Below, in pieces: positions 27,440 through 41,600 of a stretch of DNA of 64,000 nucleotides (its first letter is position 1; every line of letters begins with the position of its first letter). A program made the position numbers and the translations under genes. Where the stretch lies: NCBI GenBank assembly GCA_001244265.2, contig CDLV01000009.1:372001-436000 (forward strand), in the 5' to 3' direction. This stretch comes from Microbotryum violaceum. Taxonomy: Eukaryota. The notes beneath the pieces were generated by a model. The model saw only the letters and a list, made by a program, of their open reading frames with translations, did no database searches and was not told the origin of the DNA.

Positions 27440-27858
27440 CTTTCCGACGGAGTGCTTTGTATCCATTTGAATTCGGACATTCTTCATTTCTCGAGGTGTG
27501 GTGATAGTAATTGATGATGTCGAATATGAGTCCTCACTTCGGCTACTCAATACTGGGCTCAGCTCAGCTCGGCGATACAATGATCTTGCCCAAGCTTCGC
27601 AACTCTTTGCCGATCCGGTTCGTGGGCTCTCCACTCCCCCTCCCCCCACTACCACCTTTCCCTGCCCAGGCTCTACCACCACTCGGGCCCAAGTACGACA
27701 GCTCTCTCATCGACTTCAGTGGGCGTCAAAGTACCTCTCAGATCGTCTGTACGGCCTCGAGACAAGCTTCCACGACCACCTGAGGCACAGCTGAGCAGCA
27801 CGTTGCTCGGCCCGGGCATAGGTTACGAGCTGCTCCTTGAGGGGTGATCGAATTCGCC

Positions 27859-29092
27859 ATGGTCGTCTATCATGAGCAGACGCGTATTTATGAGTAAGCG
27901 TCTGGTCTTGGATTTCAGAGCTCGTTGGTTCGAGCTTGTTGCGCTGCGTAGCCCGTAAAACCTGGGTCTGGGAATGGAGCTCTTCGCGGAGCAGAGTGAT
28001 TCTAGTGTGCATCGAGTGATGAGCCGCAGTGCCAATTCTCAAACCCGCATTAACTATTCCCTCTACCTATCACTTCCAGTATCCCGTTACCCCACCTAAC
28101 CATGGCGCACAACCTCCGCTTCCCCTCACCCTACTCCACCCACGTCATATCCTCCGACGTGATATCTCGCACTTTCCGCGCCCCTTCCACAATCTGCACG
28201 ACCCGCCTCGTCCTCAAACGAGGCAAGATGCCCGCCTGGGCTCCTTCAGCTTTGTACAAGATCGGAACGAGTTGGGTTCTGGAGGAGAGTGAGGTCGATT
28301 TGGAGCGGGAGGACGGCAAACAGTTTCGTACGAGGAGTCGAAATTTGGATCATGTCAAGGCTTTGGAGGTGTTTGAGTGGCAGACGTTTGATCCCGTAGA
28401 GGGGGATCCTTTAAAGTGAGTTATCGAACGGTGGAATCATTTGGTGGTAGGAGCATCGTGTGTGCTGATTGTGTATGGTTCGCCCGGGTCAATTTCTCAC
28501 TCTCACAGGACATCGGGTAAGACATTGACGAGGGTCACGTCCGAGTTTGGATTTTGGCCATTACCGTCACGGATAGAAAAGTTTGGTCTTTCAAGGGTAC
28601 CCAAAGCAGCCGACAAGGTAAGGAAAACAGGACTTCTCAATCGACTCGATCTCTCCTGCTGACAACTCGAGCCACACTCCCACCTCACAGGCGAGTGCAG
28701 GCCTCGAGCACATAGCGACCCTCCTCCTACAACCTTCGACATTCCCTCGCTTACTCGCATCAGGACCTCTTAACCCATACCCCTTCGAACCGGTGCCTTC
28801 GTCCTTGACCTTGGCGATGCGAGCCAAATTTGACGAAGCGCGCTCGATCGTCGCGAGGAGGGAATTGGGTTTCCTCGATGATGAGACGGAGATGGACCTC
28901 GCTCGAAGAGGGAAAGACGATGATGAGTCCTCCAAGCTTTTGGATCGATCAGGGGAGAAGGATTCGGTTGAGCCTGGACGTATTTGGAGGTTGAGGTGGA
29001 GGGCGGCGGCGAAAAGAGGGATCAAGACGTTCAGGGAGAGCGTCTGTCGTACGACGGGGTTGCTCTGCGAGGAGAAATCACAAGATTGTTGA
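27859..29092 (+). CDS. PRELI/MSF1 domain mitochondrial lipid-transfer protein (Ups1-like)
   Basis: Spliced MVVYHEQTRIYDIPLPHLTMAHNLRFPSPYSTHVISSDVISR...TTRLVLKRGKMPAWAP...SWVLEESEVD...SRNLDHVKALEVFE...RIEKFGL. Confidence 0.88.
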
Positions 29093-30469
29093 AGATGATG
29101 ACGTGGTCCTCTTCGACGGGGGTTTTTTTTGTGTCTTGTTGTATCGATTAGAGGATAAATGATGAATCGCCGCCTTTAACCTTTCTCCAGACGAGATTTA
29201 ACCGATGACAAGAGGCCCCTGCGCGGAAGTCAGAGAAGTCTCGAATTCGCTCATCGATTTCATGAAGTGCAGATATCCGAGACAGGCAATGCTTTTGGGT
29301 CTTGCTTGAGATGCTTGAGGGGATCGCACGCGGATTTGGCGCAACTTCGGACACTTATAGGTGGTCTCAACCCAAGCCGATCGGAAACGTCTGCGCTAAG
29401 ATCTGTGTGAGGCCGATGGCCTTACAGAAAGATCGCGAGTACGGGGCTGATCGTTCTGTTAATCGTCCTGGATTTGCCACCCAACGCCCGGATCGAACGC
29501 CGAATGACAAATCCTGCCCCAACGTGCTAGGTTCAGGCGACAAGCGGGCTACGCGAAGGAGTTGACGATCAAACTCACTCGAGACCTCGAGACGCTTTAG
29601 AACTGAGACATCTCACAGCGCAGGGGTCGAAGTCGAAGTCGGCGCTTTTATTCCCGGGAGCCTAGGGGGGGGGGGGTCGGGACTTTAGATGTCGGGGCGA
29701 CTGAATCAAGTTCCTAGATTGCCACGTAGTTGATATGACGCAATGTCTCGGTTTTGTATATCCGATTAACTTCTCAGCAAGATCAGCACCAGGCGATCAG
29801 CACACTCGCCAACGTGAGCTCCCGGCTGAAGACAATAAGCGGAAGATCAAAAGGGACTTGGCGACAGGAGGCCGATCGAGAAACTATTAGAACCTAAAGC
29901 CGAGGCACGAGATACGTTTAGTACGAGAGCCGAGGATGATAGTAAAGACAGTTCGAGAAAGAAGAGAAGCGCAGAGTAGGAGCGCGCGAGGCAAGCAATA
30001 GCCGCGCGAGGCGACTAATATCAACAACTAGTAACTAATCATGATCGGTAATAGAAGTGGGATGAAACAGCAATATACACTATGACAGAAACTAGATCGT
30101 GCTCTAGATCCTGAGCCGCCGTCTGAGAGGCACGAGATCGCTCTCGAGCCTCACTCATTCCGCATCCAAACAGAAAGGACTAAACCGTGTGTTCGCAGGC
30201 GAAGAAAGACTACTAAAAGGACTAAGGTCAAGAGACGCTGCAGCGCCGCGCCCGAGGGCAAGCGTGAGGCCGCTGAGGTTGGCTTGAGGTCGTCGTGAGG
30301 CGAAGGCGGAGCGACGCCTTACACCGTCTGGCGCGCTCTGATGCTCAGAAAACCTTTGCACCCGCGCCTCATTCAATCCAGAGCTTCCTTCTCCTCCGAT
30401 GTCTGACTCTGTCCACCTCAGGCCCCCCATCCCCCTTTCGATCAGCGCTCGCCGAACATCTTGGCGACC

Positions 30470-31914
30470 ATGCCTGTCCAAGCTCGCCGGGTCTCAGTCA
30501 TCACGCTCTGCCTCTCTCTATTCTACATGCTCGCGACGACTTTGCTCGCGACGCTCCTTTCCCTCCGTGCCCTGTCGGGTGACCGCGCCGCGCGCCCTTG
30601 GCCCTTGTTCAAAGTGCTCTCATGCCTTAGCATATTCATGGCCTACCTGTTCGTCCTGGCCGAGGCCATCATGGTTATCGGCTTGGAGAGCGACACGTCG
30701 TTCCTTCAAGTATGCGCTATCGGGACCTACGTCGGGATCGGTCTGTACACCGTGTTCAAGCTAGTGTTCTATGGTGAGTCGCGGGTCCGACAGTAGACTC
30801 GGTCAGCCGGAAGTAGTATTGTGTGTCCGCATTTGCCGGTCACGTCACTGACTCGCTGGTGGCGGTCTCTCCTGCCGGATAATAGTTTTCCTCAGTAAGT
30901 CCGAGCCAAACGTGCGAGGTCCAAAGGGGTTCAGAATCTCATCTTGTCTATCACAGTGGAGCGCGTCCACCTCGTCTACGGCTACAAGACGAACGTCCCC
31001 ATCCGTCGCCTCGAAGCCCCTTGGTACTGGTTCAGCTTGACCGTCGTCGCGGCGTGGACGGTGGTCAGCTTGTCGATGTTGATCGCTCGCATGGCTCACG
31101 CCAAGCGCTTGGAGGAGATCTGCTTCACTACCATCAAGTCTTATGCGTCTATCGTGCTGCTCGTCGTCAACATCGTGGTGTGCACTGTCCTCGTCAGTAC
31201 ACTTCGAGTACCTCTGCCCTTGGCAGCTCTTCTGATGACCTTCTGTGCTCTCGGTGAAACACCTAGACGGCAGCTTTTGCCCTCCCGGTAGTCAGATCAC
31301 GCTTCAGTAGATCTCAGCGACTCGCCTTGACATCGTGCATCGCGACCGCGCTTGGAACACTCGCCTCGGTGACAAACCTGCTATGGATGATGCACGCTGA
31401 AGGTCCCGAACGAGCTTGGAGTCGTGGGATAAGCAGTAGCATGGACGGTGCGTGCTAAAGACAGGGTCGAGAAACATTGGTTAAAACCCGCCCTCACATC
31501 TTATTCCATCTCACAGTCATCTTCAACGCCGTCCTTGCTTTCGCTATTACCACCGCACCAGGTCGAAAAGCCGGTCGAACGATCCGCAAGCAAGTCGAAG
31601 TCGACATATCCAAGATGGACCGACACGACATGTGCCCCCCTTCCAGTCCTCATTCGCTTCATGGTGTCATGATCACGCGACAGACTTCTCAACTGAGGGA
31701 CGACGAAGAGCCCCAGGAAGGGGACGAGCCTGAGAGTGGGAAGGTGCCTGACGTCGGGTGGCTGGATCGGGTCTTCCCTGATCAGCACGGGGCCAAGCTT
31801 AAGGACAGTTCAGGTTTGGGGACCCGGTCTGACTCGTTTTTGTCGGAGAATGAGTACAAAGCGCCATCCTCAAGGCCGAAGACCGCACCAGACCGTATGG
31901 CGACGAGGAGTTGA
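30470..31914 (+). CDS. 7-transmembrane GPCR-like membrane protein, copy A
   Basis: Seven hydrophobic segments after splicing; Cys at start of TM3, FLMERVHLV at end of TM3, Cys in the TM4-TM5 loop, polar tail; 9-nt micro-exon at 30886-30894. Confidence 0.75.
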
Positions 31915-33291
31915 GACAGAATTCCCGCGGTTCTATGATGCTGGAGGCATCGTACCAGAGGGAGAGGGATATTTAGACCTACTTGTACCCGCCGTCTGCT
32001 TTATAATGACACTAGAAATGTAGAAGGCTGCGTCGGGGAGAAGGTTGCTTTCGTGCAGCGATCGGCGGAGCCGGATAAGCCATTAAGGCACCGGATTCCC
32101 CTAGTAGAACTTTCGCTTTCCGACACGATGTCTACGCTTCATTGCCACCATGGGACCGCATAGAGTGCAAGTCGGAATCTCGCTCGTAATACAACCTCAG
32201 TCTTCCCTAAAAGCGTTTCCTTCTTGATGTTGTGATCTTCCGGCACTGGCAGACGAGGCGCGGAGGCTGAAACACGGAAAGACTCGGAACATTTCCTCGA
32301 AGGATCAGATCACAGACGAGCTGCGTTAGCCGCAATTCACAGCTGTGGGTTGTGTCTCAAGTCAGTTATATAGTCGAGGTGTCCATGATTGCGACCGCGA
32401 CGCTTAACTTAGCTACCTAGATACATATGCTCGAAAACGACGCGCTCAATCATGCACGGACGCAGCAATTGACCGACCTCGGCTTAGTCATCCGGGGGCG
32501 CCGCGACGACTGCTATGTGTTAGTGGTCCAACCGGCAACTGTATGACATACCCGAGTCTCATAAAACCCGGTGTCTGGGAGGCAATCTCCGCTGCTCTAA
32601 GAAACACGAGGGCGGCCACTCAAGTGTCTCACCCGGACCTCGGCTCCAACTTTGGAACCAACGGCACCCGGCATATGCCGACCTACTCGTTCGACTCTCC
32701 CCGGGCCCGGGCCTCGAGCTAGTTTCTTGATAGAGCGCGTCTCGCTGGACATCTCGTGTTGAGACATCTGTTGGTCGCGTCACAGTCACTTGTCACACTG
32801 AACCAAAACGAGCTACGTGATCGCACCCTGATTCAAGAAGATATTACGACGCCGTTCCCGGCGACATGTTTCCCACAGCGGTTTGGGGGACCGAGGCAGC
32901 AGCCGATGTAGAGGCCGACACAACGGACGAGTGACATGCTCGTTCGACTTTCGGTCCGGCAAGCCACTGGCAAACTCATAACCCAGTCTCACTCCCCGAG
33001 AGCGATAACTCGAGCTCGTCCCTTTCCCGCCGCACGGCGCGGCAATGCGTCCCGGGCCGTGCCCAGCGCGGTCAACAGGAGACGTCTTGCCGATTGGCTC
33101 AAGGGAGGGCCCGAGGCGGCGCGCGTCGCTTAAGCGGGGCCGAGAGCTCCCACGCGCAAACGCATGGGATACGTGGGATAGCTCGTGTGCGCCGTCTGGC
33201 GCCGTCCAGTCCCCGGCTTGACCGTTCTTTCGTCGTGGCGGGAGCTCTTTTTGGCTTCTTTCCACGAGCGTGCCGTTCAATCTCGTCGGTC

Positions 33292-34941
33292 ATGAGCTTG
33301 ACACTCTACGAGCCTCGAAGCATCTCGGTCACCACCCTGTGCCTTTCGCTGTACTATCTACTCTCGTCCTCGGTCCTAGGGGCGTTGCTCGCGATCAGAG
33401 CGCTCTCGATCGAGAATCTGCAGCGCTGGCCCTTATTTAAGATCCTGACCTGCTTGGCACTCTTGGCGGCTTATCTCTTCGTCTTCGCCGAGGCCATAAT
33501 GGTGCTAGGTTTGCAAGGGGCGCATTCCGTCGTCGCTGTATGCGTGACCGGGACATGGCTGTGCATCATCCTGTACATGATATTCAAGCTCGTATACTAT
33601 GGTACGTCCCTTCGTTCAGCATGTCTTGTGCAAAGCGATGTGTGAAACTGACCTTGAGATCATGCTCTTGCGAAATGACGATGCGCAGTATTCCTCAGTA
33701 AGTCCACGCCGGGCTTCACGATCTAGTTCCCCTCATCGACTTCACTTTCACGGCCTCCCTAATCAGTTGTATCTCCGTCCCAACAGTGGAACGCGTCCAT
33801 CTTGTCTACTCAAGCAAACGTAACATCAAATTGCGCCGCCTCCGTGCCCCCTGGTACCGCATAAGCCTCGTCGTCGTCGTCGCTTGGGCCGGCGTCGCAA
33901 TCGCCATGGTCATCGGTCGAATCGTCGAGACCTCCGGCGAAGGGGATGTCTGCGTCAGTGGTGTACGACAATACGCTTCGATCGCTCTTCTCGTTGTCGA
34001 TGCGAGTGTTTGCACCGTTTTGGTAAGTCCCAGACCAGGCCGGATGAACAATACCGTAGCAGTATCGGCGCCAACGCTTCCGTCACCCCAACCTACCTCA
34101 CACAGACGCTAGCGTTCGCGCTTCCTGTTTGGCGATCGAGGTTCAGTAAAGCTCAACGTCTCGCTTTGACCTCGTGTATCGCCACGGGTATTGGGACGCT
34201 GGCTTCATTCGGCAACCTCCTTTGGATGACCCATGCCGAAGGGCGAGAAAAGCGATGGGTCCGAGGGCTCAGCTCTTCTCTCGATAGTAAGTCGGGTGAC
34301 TGGTAGTACCAGGCCGGATCAAAGCTAACTCCTTCCCACGACCGTATTGCACAGTCTTCATCAGCGCCGTCCTAACCTTCGTGATCACCAACGCCGGCTC
34401 CAAGCCCTCCCGCACGAACGCGACCGCCCACCCTAACGAGGTCAGCGCCGATCACAAAGACGACTCGATCTCATCCCCCGGCTCACACCAAGGCAGAACG
34501 TTGACTCAAGTCGCTGTCCGTCCGCTCGATGGTGTCGTGATCACTTCCCATGTCGTAGAAGCCACGGAGGAAGACGATGACGAGAAAGAAGATGATCATG
34601 ATCTCGGTATGGATAAGTCCGCCGTCGCTTCTTCAGGATGGCTCGATCGGATCCTTTACGAACGCTCCGCCAGACGCAAGAAGTCTCTCGCAACTGTCCC
34701 CACCGCCGAACGACCCTTCACTGCCAACACCATCATGCTCCAAGAAACGTCCTACTCGAAACCCCAGACTGCACCGGCCGAACGATCACGGACGAATTCG
34801 TTGACCAAGGACGCTAGTACCGAGACGCGCAGTCTCAGAGGCGTGGGACTGATTGAACATCGGGCCTGCGATTCGATCTCTAGCTCGAGGACTTCGACGG
34901 TGCGTGATACACGTGAAGAGGAGGGGATGCAGATGTGTTGA
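33292..34941 (+). CDS. 7-transmembrane GPCR-like membrane protein, copy B (tandem paralog)
   Basis: Same exon structure as copy A including a 9-nt micro-exon (33689-33697); shared WPLFKxLxCL, YLFVxAEAIMVxGL, ERVHLVY, RRLxAPWY, RSRFSxxQRLALTSCIAT, GWLDR. Confidence 0.75.
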
Positions 34942-35109
34942 AAGGGTCACTTCTCAAAACTCTGAAAACGCTGGCCAGGGTGTTTGACGACCACCTGACC
35001 ATTTCCCATCTGCAGCACCTCTTCCCCTTCGCTCACCCCACTCGAATGTCATTTCCTGGCTCACATTACTTTGAGCTCCAACCCAACCGTACTATTCCCC
35101 TCTCTTCCG

Positions 35110-37249
35110 CTACTGCACCTGTTTGTGGAATAATATGCCTTCGATCACACGCATTGCCGCGATGACTTCTTCGTCGTGGTACTTCCGCGCGACGAGCTGT
35201 AGTCCAAGAGGAGCGTTGGCGTAGATCTCGGGCGAGTCTACGACACCATGGGAGGTCAGAGATTAGCGTGATTACATTGCGTTGACGGACGGGAGTACAT
35301 ACAATGCTCATGCACGAATCGCTCGTCTTCGTTCTTCCACTCATCGCGAGGTACGGTCGGCTCGACATCGATTGTCGCATCCACGAACAGCCCCGTAGGG
35401 AACACAAGCGCGGGGTGATCAGCGAAGTTCCAATGCGAGGTATAACTGTGCGTAGATCGACCTCCTGGTGAGGGCATAGTTCCTCTTTGTCGAAGAAGCG
35501 AGTCGAGTCTACTCACGACCACCATTTGGCCTCGCCGTGCCTCGGGGGTGGGTTCGGTGCAACGGGGGACAGGACAACGTCCACGCCCGAGTTGTTCCAA
35601 TGTTCTCGGAAGGCGGAGCGGTAATTTTCCCTTTTGATGTTGAGCTGTGAGCGACCGAAAAAGCTTTGACTCTGTCAGCGACAGACTGCATAATCTCTCA
35701 TTTTCCGAGCGACTCCGAGTGCTCACCTCCCATAATTCATGGACCGAATGGTCCTTTAGCGGTTCTGTGCCAGCATCTTCAAGTAGCCACTTGGTCAGAG
35801 GCTTCAAAGGTTCAGCAACTTCGGATTCGTCCAGCAAGTCGCGGATGCGTTTCCCGCCGTCAGCAAAGTACTGCGCCGGTGAAAATGCGGTAGATGTGGT
35901 CAGCCGACAAGACCAAATTGAGACTGCTTGACCCGAGAATGACCAACTGTCTGGTGATCTCCCACCCTTCTCTCATCTTCCAAGGCTCAAAGTCAACCAC
36001 TTCAACCAGCTCACTCTCCGTAAGCCTCTGAACCGCGCCTTCCAACGTCCTCCGTATCGGTCTCGTCGGTCTGACCTCTCCATCATCCCACATCACCCCT
36101 ATCCTCAACTTCCTACTCCCTCCTTCCCAAGCACCTTTCCTCCCTACACCCCAAGCCATCTCCAAAAGACTCGCATCCCTCCGCCACACTCTGGTCTCCT
36201 CGGCCAAAACAAGGCTCAAGAACAAGTCCAAGTCCCTCAAACTAGTTGCGATTGGACCCGCCGTGCCGATGATGGAATGCCTGCCCGGAACGGCCGCCGT
36301 CGCACTCGGCAACCTCGAACTCGTAGGTCTCAAACTCCACAAGCCACAATTCGCAGCGGGCGGTCGGACGGATCCGCCGATATCGGTGCCAAGTCCTAAT
36401 ACGGAGCCTCGCATCGCGATCAAAGCCGATTCGCCGCCTGATGAGCCTCCAGCGGTCAGGGAGGTGTTGTAAGGGTTCAAGACCGTACCCCAAAAGGAAG
36501 AGGATTCAAGATGCATGATCGTTTGAGGGAGATTCGTATGGACGTAGGTGATTGCGCCGAGGGGTTCGAGCAAGGTTACGAAGGAGCAAGATTTTGGAGA
36601 AGGTTTTGCGAGGACGTGTTTGGAGAGGTAGGATAGCGACGTGATTCGGCCTTGGACTTCGAATTGGTCCTGTGAGGCTCAAAAAGACAGGGGTCAGTGA
36701 GAGCCACCCCAGAACGCTATGGGGACCACGGCGCCGGGAAAAGTCTGACCTTGACCGAGATGGGAAGTCCATGTAGGGGGCCGATGGTGGTACCATGCTT
36801 TTCGAGGTAATGATCCAGTTCTCGAGCTCTCTGGACGGCTTTGTCGAGCCACATGCCGGTCAAGCAGCACGTCTGATCGAAATGAAGGTGGAGAGAGCGA
36901 TGCGGGTCAGAGCAGAGTGGGGACAACTGACTTGCTCGTGCTGGCTCGCCCGCCGGCCCGATAACAGGGGACGGGGACTGACCAAACGATGTGCATACGC
37001 AGCTCTATAAGCGAATGCAATCACAACCTCTTCACTCGTGTATGTCCTCGCGGCGATCTGGGCCAGCAAATCGACGGCATCAAGGCCCGTGATGTCGAGC
37101 TGACGCTGACTGAGCAGCTTGAGCTCCGCGACCAGTCGGGTCACGTTCGAGCGCGGGGTCGCATCGAGTCGTGCGCGAAGGACATGTGGGGGCAGCTCGT
37201 CGACCACCTGTTGACGGTACTGCTTGGCGAGCGTGGTGGTGTGCGTCAT
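35110..37249 (-). CDS. Amidase signature family enzyme (acetamidase-like)
   Basis: GPLHGLPISVK, TNLPQTIMHLES, TAGGSSGGESALIA, GLGTDIGGSVRPPAA, YTSHWNFADHPALVFP, APLGLQLVARKYHDE. Confidence 0.93.
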
Positions 37250-37480
37250 GATGCACGGTGATGGGCCCGCGGAGCACGAGGAGACTGATCAGTTATGGTG
37301 CGCGACTCCTTGTGGGGCGCTCGTTGAGTCTCGCTGGGTCCGTGCGAGCCAGTGCGAGCCCCGCGGCGTGTGAAGAGTGAAGCTAGTGAAGAGTGAAGAC
37401 GGCGCTCTTCATCGCGCCACCTGCATCTCTGCCTCTCCTCTTCTCACCCAACTCAACATCTGTGGACTCGGATCCCAACG

Positions 37481-38534
37481 ATGGCCTCCACCTCCACCGC
37501 CTCGACCTCGGGCGACAAGATCGCACCCCGTCAAGTGCTCTACTGCGCCGGTCAGTCTCGCCAGACTAGCCAGACTCGGGCCCTGGCTGTGACTTCACCG
37601 TGCAGCATCTGATCTAAACGGGTGTTCGCTCCACAGTTTGCTCGTTCCCACCAGAGTACTGCGAGTTTTCGAGTAAATCATCAAAGTGCGTTGCCTACCC
37701 GGTCAATTCCTACCGAAGGCTACTCAGCCCAGTTCAGGCACTGACCTTCAACCCCTGTCGCCTCCTCGATCCAGATGCAAGACGTGGCTCCAAGATGCCC
37801 ACCCGGACCTCTACGCCAAGTTCTACTCCGACAGTCAGTCCGAGGCCAAGGGGAAGGGAAGGGCAAGGGGGAGGGGAAGCAGTGCCCGTCCGTCAACCAG
37901 CTCTCAACTGATGCGCTCGTGACTCTTCCTCACCAGCCGCTCTGGAGGACAAGCTGGCGAACCTGACTGTCGAACAATGCGAAGCACTCGATAAGGACCT
38001 CGCCAAGAAGCAGAGGAAGGAAGAGGCCAAGTTGGAGAAGGAGAAGGCTCGGGTAGCCGCAAGTCCGAAACGTCCCCCTTCCGTCCTCTCCTTCCCCTGA
38101 ACCCCTCTCTTCTCCTACACGCAGGCCTCCAAAGTAATCATCACCCGATCCGAACGCAACAAGCGCAAATTCGTCACCACCGTGCATGGCCTGGACCAGT
38201 TCGACATCGATCTCAAGAAAGCCGCCAAGCTTTTTGCCAACAAGTTTGCCACCGGTAGTAGTTTAGGCAAGACACCCCAGGGCGATGACGAGATCGTCAT
38301 TCAAGGCGACGTTTCTGATGAGGTGAGGACGGACACAAGCCTGTTGAGAAATGCGTGATCGTGCACTGACCTCGACGTCCTCCTTCACAGGTCGAGGAAT
38401 TGATTTTGGATGCCGATGACAAGAAGGCGTTCGCCGTCTTTGGCGGCAAGGTTACGGAGGACCAGATTGAATACGTCGAACAAAAGCCAAAAAAGAAGGC
38501 CGGACCACCGCCGATCGCACCTCAATTCGGGTGA
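37481..38534 (+). CDS. TMA22: Density-regulated protein / Tma22 (SUI1-domain translation factor)
   Basis: VLYCAVCSFPPEYCEF...CKTWLQDAHPDLY, RSERNKRKFVTTVHGL, AAKLFANKFATGSS, DEIVIQGDVSDE. Confidence 0.94.
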
Positions 38535-38641
38535 TGCAGTGGTCAAATAGCAAAGTGCTTTGCAATACACCCGATTATGTTAATGTGCGTGGCCGCCCTC
38601 TCTTTGCGCAAGAAGTGCAGCGGTGCTCTCAGTCGCACAGC

Positions 38642-38675
38642 CAGGGTGGTACTCTTACAGGGTGGTACTCTTACA
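38642..38675. repeat. 16-bp perfect tandem duplication (CAGGGTGGTACTCTTA x2)
   Basis: Seen directly between the convergent TMA22 and NUP82 stop codons. Confidence 0.9.
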
Positions 38676-38697
38676 TTCCGACACTTAATTACCACCA

Positions 38698-41600
38698 TCA
38701 AGCCATACTCAACGCCCCGAGCGCCTGACTGAGTTTCTCGACCTTCCTCCTTGCCTCCATGATCAACTCTGCCTCCTCCGCCAACTTCTCCTCAACCTTG
38801 TGCAATTGCGTACCTCCCAAAACCAGATTCCCTGCCCCACTTGGCCCCTCCGTTTTCTTCTTCATCTCCTCCAACCCAGGCTTCAACAACTCTACCTTTT
38901 CCACCAACCGTTCGACCCTCGTCGTCAAACCCGGTCCATCCCCTTCCCCTTCTTTGCCCCCCTCAATCTCCCCCTCTAGCCTTTTCAACTCGTCGAACCA
39001 ATTCCTCTCAAACGTCGACACCGAAGGCGCATGCCTATCCATCAACCCTTGCAAAATCCGATCCGTCCTCTTGAGTAAAACCTCCTGCCTCTCTTTAACT
39101 TTGCCAATCCGATCCTTCAAAACCCTTTCTTCATCCCCCGCGTTCAAACTCGTATCCTGAATCAACCCCCCCGCAATAATCTTTCTCAACTCGTGCACTT
39201 TCGTCAATTGCCTCCCCAATTCGGCCAATTGCAATTCGATCCTATTCTGCACCTGATCCGAAGCGTCGACCAAATCGCTCAACCTCGTTCGAAGAGCTTC
39301 AACGGATTTACCGATGAATCTTAATGAGTCGGGGGTGACGGTTTCTAAAGCGCCTTTATTCGCGAGCGATTTGGGGACGACTTGACGAGGCAGAACGTGT
39401 TGGGACGACGAGGCGAGAATTGAAGGTGTTTTGAAAGGTGATTCGAGTAGGGAGAGGTAAGGTGGTGGTTCGTTCGGGAGCCCTTTGCCGCGGTGGGTGG
39501 AGGAGGATAAGGTCGCTGAGGGTAAGAGGGAGGAATCGACTCGGAGTGAAAGCTCGATCGCGACGAGTTGCAATGACGAGGTGACGAGGAGCATCGTGTA
39601 CCCTAGGTAGACGTCATTGATCAGGTCCATACCCACAACAGGGACCGAAAGAGGCGTCGTCGCATCAGTCGTCGTCGAATCATCGGATGCGGCGATGGGG
39701 TTGACGGTCTTGACGATCCATACGACCTGACTGGGTTCGCTCGCCCGTACGGCCTTGTTCATCTCGTGCGCTTGCTTCTCCTCGTCCTCTTGCCCCTTCT
39801 CCAAGCTCGGGTTGAGCGTATCGACGAGGTCATCCAACCACCCTGATAGGACGATACAGTGCGACCCCAAGGGATGTTGGAGATAGATAATATCGACGTA
39901 AAGTGGATCCTTGATGAAGGAAACCCAACCGCCTTCCAATGACATCGAAGCACGTGGTTGTTGTTCGTCCAACTCGTTTACCAAGCCCAAATCAATCGTT
40001 TCGTAAACGCACAAACTCGGTAATTCGTCCAAGGCGTCCTCCCCCTCCCCTCTCAATTCGGCAAACCCCTCCTCCCACCTCGCCTCGACCTTCTCAACCT
40101 CCAAACATAAATCCACCTTCCCATCCAGATAAGCGATCCCGACCACCCCCAACCCAATCTTGACCTCCTTGTCCCCCTCCCTCATTCGATCCTGCGGCTC
40201 ATAATACAAGTACATCATATCCGTCGCCAGAGTTTCCAACTCGCAATCCTCCCCGTGGTCCAATTCGATCGGTTCGGGTTGCATCAAGAACGGACCTTGC
40301 ACTTTGGGCGTTGCGTTGCCGGCACCGAAGCGTGGGGCCGTGAGATGAACGAGATGATCTTTTAGCGAGTCTTGGATCGTAGGGTCGATGTCTATACCTT
40401 CCGATTCGAAATTAGACGAGGAGGCGCCGGCGCGACTGGCTTGTCGGACCAGTTGGTGCACGTATTGGAGTTGCCGAGCGTAGAGGGACGAAAGGTGCGG
40501 TGCGGCCGCAGATTTGGTCGGAGTCGAATTCTTCAGTGTCAGAGCCATCGAGTCCGACGTGGGCTCGGTGACGTTGAGATAGTCGACTTTGGTAGAGACG
40601 AAGGAGGATAGTGCGTGGATGTACGAAGCCGGGAGGGATCTGTGTATTTGGCACAACCGGACCGGACCGGATCAGTTCAATACGATGCCTCCTACGGTCA
40701 GAATCAGCAAGACCTACGCCTTCTTGGGTAGAAAGGGGCAAATGGCGACTACGTCGCCGTTCCTCATCAATCCAAACAGCGTCAAAGGACCCCAGTCGGC
40801 CTGACCCCCACCCAAGCACATGGCCACCGCTTTCTTGGCGTTCTTATCTTCGGCCGAGAAGCCGCGCGGCCCTCCTGATCGCTTGGACGGGGTCGAGCGA
40901 GATGTTTGTTGTGGATGATCCTCGATGAAGGACAATGTTTGTGTGGGCTCTTCGACGTCGGTCGAAATGTCGTATTCGCGTACGGTGGAGTCGATCGTGA
41001 GCACGAGCAATGAGGACGAGTTCGTTCCCCAGGGATGCCATAGAATTTGGGAGACGAGCGGAGAACCGGACAGTCCGTGGTAGTAGTGACCAACCAGAAG
41101 CGATCTGCGAGTGAAGATCGAATTGATCAGCGTGCATCATTGAGGATGCCCCCCCTCAGCTGTGAAGCGGTCCGGTGAGAAAACCTCCCCAATTGTAATT
41201 GTGAAACTGACCTGCACTCGACGGTCGATCCAACAATCGATGACGAGCCTTTCCTCGGCAGGACAACGACAGCTATCGAATGAGCGCCGACGACGGCGAG
41301 AAAAGTGTTGGTCGGGTTGAGCACGAGTTGCTGGATCTCAAAGTTGATCAGGGGCGTGTGGAGCACCTGGGGCCGGGGAAGCGTGGGTCGCGAGCACCCA
41401 CACGTCACGCGGAGAATCTCGTCAGCTAGTCGGGTAAGACTGAACGGATGTGATCGGGGAACTAACCTTGTACTCCCCTCGATCGTGGTGGGTCTCGTTC
41501 GCGTGCGGTCGCTCATGCTGCATTCTCGCTTTGGCCTGAGTCAGACTGGTGATCCTCAACTCGGTGCCCACAGCCACGATCAAGTCCCTGCCCGCGACCA

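Noticed and set aside
27498-27794. 98-aa plus ORF between NSP1 and the PRELI gene
   Set aside because: No ATG in frame and no recognisable family.
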